Source: an uncultured bacterium
Lineage (GTDB): Bacteria; Muiribacteriota; Ozemobacteria; Ozemobacterales; Ozemobacteraceae
Direction of reading: 5' to 3'
Length of the DNA stretch: 64,000 nt
Assembly (NCBI GenBank): GCA_964472075.1
Contig: CAYYIY010000002.1
Coordinates: 23,771 to 87,770 of the forward strand
Shown one piece after another: positions 60,614 through 64,000 of the stretch. The notes under the pieces are model-generated. The model made no database searches, was not told the origin of the DNA, and saw nothing but the letters and a program-made list of their open reading frames with translations. The stretch's first letter is position 1; every line of letters begins with the position of its first letter. Both the position numbers and the translations under genes were made by a program.

Positions 60614-60646
60614 GACCGAATTTCCCTGTCTCTGTTATGATGCGCC
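60614..60646 (+). promoter_or_regulatory. Putative sigma-70 promoter upstream of mtnA
   Basis: TTGACC, an 18-nt spacer, then TATGAT. It lies ~30 nt upstream of the ATG at 60674. Confidence 0.4.
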
Positions 60647-60673
60647 GGCATCTGCGGGGTATCCCGTTTCAGC

Positions 60674-61795
60674 ATGAAACCCCGCATGCAGAAAGAGTTG
60701 CGCATGATCCCGACCGTTCAGTATCAACCAGAGACCGATACGGTGTCTTTGCTCGATCAAACCCGACTTCCCTGCGAACGGGTGATGATGACGTGCCGTA
60801 CAGTCGACGAGATGTGCGAGGCCATACGTTCTCTGCGGGTTCGCGGCGCGCCGGCCATCGGGGTCGCCGCAGCGTTCGGGTTGTACATCGGCTTGCGCGA
60901 ATACACGGGCGGCGCGGAAAACGTATCGGCCTGTGTCGACGAAGTTGCCGCACGACTCGCGCAGACGCGTCCGACGGCGGTCAATCTGTTCTGGGCGCTG
61001 AACCGCGCGACCAGAGCGATTCATCAGGCTATTGCCGCCGCGGCTCCGGCCGCCCGCCTGGAAGCCGCCCGCGCTGAGGCTCTGCATCAGGCGCAGGTGA
61101 TCATGCGCGAGGATATCGAGATGTGTCGGGCGATCGGTTTCTACGGTGCCGCGTATCTGCTCGACGGCGACACCTGGCTGACCCATTGCAACGCCGGCGC
61201 CCTCGCCACCGGCGGGTACGGAACCGCGCTCGGGGTATTCCGTGCCGCGAAAGAGCAGGGAAAACGCTTTTCGGTATTTGTCGACGAAACCCGGCCGTTG
61301 CTGCAGGGGGCCCGCCTCACCGCCTGGGAACTCAGGGAAGAAGGCATCGATGCCGTGCTGATCTGCGACAACATGGCCGCGTCTCTGATGGGTGCCGGGA
61401 AAATTCACGGGATTGTCGTCGGCGCTGATCGCATTACGGCCGAAGGCTGGGTGGCCAACAAGATCGGTACGTACGGCCTGGCGGTTCTCGCGCATTATCA
61501 CCGAGTGCCGTTCTATGTTGCCGCGCCCGTTTCCACTTTTGATCTCGGTATTCGCCACGGGCGCGAAATCGCCATCGAACAGCGGGCGGCCGATGAAGTG
61601 ACGCACTGGGGCGGAGTACAAACCGCTCCGCACGGAATGCCCGTCTACAACCCGGCTTTCGATGTGACCCCCCCGGAGCTGATTACGGCGATCTTCACGA
61701 ATCTCGGCGTTCTGAAAGCCCCGTATGAGATCTCAATTCGTGAAACGCTGCAGGGTGCCGGTCTTGATCATCTGCACGGAGTCGGCAAGGCATGA
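60674..61795 (+). CDS. mtnA: S-methyl-5-thioribose-1-phosphate isomerase (eIF-2B alpha/beta/delta family)
   Basis: Family-typical motifs are RGAPAIGVAAAFG and RPTAVNLFWAL. The start may instead be the ATG at 60704. Confidence 0.75.
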   Translation: MKPRMQKELRMIPTVQYQPETDTVSLLDQTRLPCERVMMTCRTVDEMCEAIRSLRVRGAPAIGVAAAFGLYIGLREYTGGAENVSACVDEVAARLAQTRPTAVNLFWALNRATRAIHQAIAAAAPAARLEAARAEALHQAQVIMREDIEMCRAIGFYGAAYLLDGDTWLTHCNAGALATGGYGTALGVFRAAKEQGKRFSVFVDETRPLLQGARLTAWELREEGIDAVLICDNMAASLMGAGKIHGIVVGADRITAEGWVANKIGTYGLAVLAHYHRVPFYVAAPVSTFDLGIRHGREIAIEQRAADEVTHWGGVQTAPHGMPVYNPAFDVTPPELITAIFTNLGVLKAPYEISIRETLQGAGLDHLHGVGKA

Positions 61796-62385
61796 ACATA
61801 CTGCGCGACTTTCAACAGGTCGGTGCCGATCTGTTCGCGGCTCGTCTCAACAACACCCATTCCGGCAATCTCAGCGTGCGCTTGAATCGCATGCTGGCCA
61901 TCACCCGTACCGGTTCCATGCTGCACCGACTCGGACACAACGACATCGTGGAGACGCTCATTGACGGCGACGACCTCGAGACGCCGCGCGCCTCGCGTGA
62001 AATTCCAGTGCATCGGGCCGTCTATCGCCACATCGACACGCAGGCGGTGGTGCACGCGCACCCGCCTCATGTGATTGCACTCTCGCTTCTCGTTGATCGA
62101 ATCATGCCTCTCGATGGTGAGGGCCGGTACTATTTCCCCCACGGCGTGCCGATTCTGACCGTCGACAACCCCGTCGGTTCGGAAGAAGTCGCTCGCGGGT
62201 TGCCGCCGCTGCTCAAAACGTCGCCGATCGTCGTCGTGCGCGGCCATGGCACCTTCGCCATCGGCAACGATCTTGAATCGGGCCTGCACTGGACGAGCAG
62301 TCTGGACAATATCGCCCAGATCATCCTGCTCAGTCGCCTCGGCATGCAGATCGCTCCGGCCGGTCGCGCCTGTTCACCTTCATGA
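61792..62385 (+). CDS. mtnB: Class II aldolase/adducin-family protein, probably methylthioribulose-1-phosphate dehydratase
   Basis: Motifs HSGNLS and HAHPPHVIALS are present. An ATGA overlap with mtnA is present. The function is inferred from family plus context. Confidence 0.65.
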   Translation: MNILRDFQQVGADLFAARLNNTHSGNLSVRLNRMLAITRTGSMLHRLGHNDIVETLIDGDDLETPRASREIPVHRAVYRHIDTQAVVHAHPPHVIALSLLVDRIMPLDGEGRYYFPHGVPILTVDNPVGSEEVARGLPPLLKTSPIVVVRGHGTFAIGNDLESGLHWTSSLDNIAQIILLSRLGMQIAPAGRACSPS

Positions 62386-62422
62386 CCACGCTTTCATACC
62401 CTCGATAAGGACACCATTACCT

Positions 62423-64000
62423 ATGTTGTTCCAGAAAACCTCAACCTCGATCTCACCCAAGCGCGAAGAAGAAATTCTCGAATTCTGGCGGAAGGAAGAC
62501 ACGTTCCGACAGACCATCAGGAACCGCGAGGGCTGTCCCGATTTCGTGTTTTTCGAGGGGCCGCCGACGGCGAATGGAACTCCGCACCCCGGACATGTGC
62601 TCACCAAGGCCATGAAAGATTTGATTCCCCGGTACAAAACCATGTGCGGCTATCGGGTCGGGCGTAAGGCCGGCTGGGACACCCACGGTCTGCCGGTCGA
62701 ACTGGAAGTTGAAAAACAGCTCGGCATCAGCTGCAAGCAGGATATCGAAAAGTTCGGCATCGAGAACTTCATCAAGAAATGTCGCGAAAGCGTGTTCAAA
62801 TACGAGGCCGAGTGGCGGCGCATGTGCGAGCGCGGCGGTTTCTGGGTCGATATGGACGACCCGTATATCACCTGCACCGATCAATACATCGAAACCGGCT
62901 GGTGGGTACTCGGACAACTCTGGAAGAAGGGCATGCTCTATGAAGGCCACAAGGTCGTTCCGTACTGCCCGCGCTGCGGCACCGCGCTTTCGTCACACGA
63001 GGTCGCCCAGGGATACGATGAAGCGGAAGACCCATCGGTCTACGTGCGCTTCAAGATCAAGAACCAGGCCGATACCTGGTTTCTGGTCTGGACGACCACT
63101 CCCTGGACGCTGCTGTCGAACGTGGCGCTCGCGGTGGGTCGCGATATCGAGTACGCGAAGGTGAAGCATAACGGGCAGACGCTGATCATGGCGGCCGCCC
63201 GGGTTGAACCGGTGCTGCAGAAAGACTTTGAGATTGTCGGCACCGTCAAGGGCGCCGAACTGCTCGGCGTCGAATACGAGCAGATGTATACCTATGTTGC
63301 GCCGAAGAAACGTGCGCATTACGTGATCGCTGCCGACTTTGTTTCGACGGAAGATGGTACTGGTATTGTCCATATTGCGCCGGCCTTTGGTGAGGATGAC
63401 TACCGCGTCGGCCAGGCCCACGATCTGCCTGTCATGCAGCCGGTGAATCTTGACGGCAAATTCACCGACGAGGTCACCCCCTGGAAGGGCCGCTTCGTGA
63501 AGGATGCCGACAAGGACATCATCAAGGACATGAAGGCGAAGGGTATTCTGCTGTCGTCCGGTACCATCAAGCATACCTACCCGTTTTGCTGGCGCTGCGA
63601 CAGCCCGCTGCTCTACTACGCCCGACATTCCTGGTTCATCAAGACGACGGCGTTCAAGGACGAGATTCTCGCCAACAACGAGAAGATCAACTGGTTCCCC
63701 GATCATATCAAGCACGGTCGATTCAAGAACTTTCTCGATAACATGATTGACTGGGCCATCTCACGTGACCGTTACTGGGGCACCCCGCTGCCGATCTGGC
63801 AGTGCGAGTGCGGTAAGCAGGAATGCATCGACAGTCGCGAGATGCTCTGCAAGCGGGGGAAAAACGTCGACCCGAAGATCGAGCTTCACAAGCCGTATGT
63901 CGACGATATCACCCTGGACTGCCCGGATTGCGGCAAGCAGATGAAGCGCGTGCCCGAGGTCATCGACTGCTGGTTCGATTCAGGCATCATGCACACCGCG
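62423..64000 (+). CDS. ileS: Isoleucine--tRNA ligase, 3'-truncated at the window edge
   Basis: Read directly from the sequence, because the ORF is open to the window end and is absent from the track. The HIGH-region is EGPPTANGTPHPGH. GWDTHGLPVE and a zinc-binding CPRCGT motif are present. Confidence 0.9.
   Translation, partial: MLFQKTSTSISPKREEEILEFWRKEDTFRQTIRNREGCPDFVFFEGPPTANGTPHPGHVLTKAMKDLIPRYKTMCGYRVGRKAGWDTHGLPVELEVEKQLGISCKQDIEKFGIENFIKKCRESVFKYEAEWRRMCERGGFWVDMDDPYITCTDQYIETGWWVLGQLWKKGMLYEGHKVVPYCPRCGTALSSHEVAQGYDEAEDPSVYVRFKIKNQADTWFLVWTTTPWTLLSNVALAVGRDIEYAKVKHNGQTLIMAAARVEPVLQKDFEIVGTVKGAELLGVEYEQMYTYVAPKKRAHYVIAADFVSTEDGTGIVHIAPAFGEDDYRVGQAHDLPVMQPVNLDGKFTDEVTPWKGRFVKDADKDIIKDMKAKGILLSSGTIKHTYPFCWRCDSPLLYYARHSWFIKTTAFKDEILANNEKINWFPDHIKHGRFKNFLDNMIDWAISRDRYWGTPLPIWQCECGKQECIDSREMLCKRGKNVDPKIELHKPYVDDITLDCPDCGKQMKRVPEVIDCWFDSGIMHTA

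Noticed and set aside
53054-60646. Identical TATGAT -10 hexamers in two putative promoters, upstream of the FadL-like gene and of mtnA
   Set aside because: A shared 6-mer is not evidence of co-regulation and is likely coincidence. The promoters themselves are kept as low-confidence features.
60635-61633. 332-aa minus-strand ORF
   Set aside because: It is antisense to mtnA.

Overview
This is a high-GC (roughly 60%) bacterial chromosomal segment. No rRNA, tRNA, CRISPR array, transposase or integrase could be recognised by eye. Recognisable core genes are rpsA (5'-truncated), a gap-pgk-tpiA glycolytic operon, a sigma-54 two-component pair, a methionine-salvage pair (mtnA plus an mtnB-like gene), an RRM RNA-binding protein and the 5' part of ileS. 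These are interspersed with many secreted or membrane hypothetical proteins, HEAT and TPR repeat proteins, an ECF sigma/anti-sigma pair, prepilin-type (pseudopilin) proteins, a STAS protein and a large sensor PP2C phosphatase. That gene content is reminiscent of the Planctomycetota/PVC group, but this is inference only. The items most worth a second look are: (i) a single 2089-aa ORF fusing a DUF4011-like N-terminal region with a transglutaminase-like motif, a Upf1/DNA2-type SF1B helicase core and a C-terminal PD-(D/E)xK (Vsr/DUF559-like) endonuclease-like module, lying divergent from an MBL-fold hydrolase and a PLD-family gene; (ii) a co-directional, translationally coupled gene string of a lipoprotein, an ECF sigma, an anti-sigma, a large TM protein, two prepilin-like proteins and a HAMP/PP2C sensor phosphatase, with a STAS protein nearby; (iii) two lipoproteins sharing a conserved ~110-aa N-terminal module; (iv) a secreted tandem-repeat protein whose repeat array continues straight through an in-frame TGA; (v) a five-gene minus-strand cluster of secreted and membrane unknowns; (vi) a three-gene overlapping unit of a PhnD-like binding protein, a polytopic membrane protein with HEAT-like repeats, and a HAMP sensor. 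All domain assignments are from reading the translations for motifs. No database search was run.
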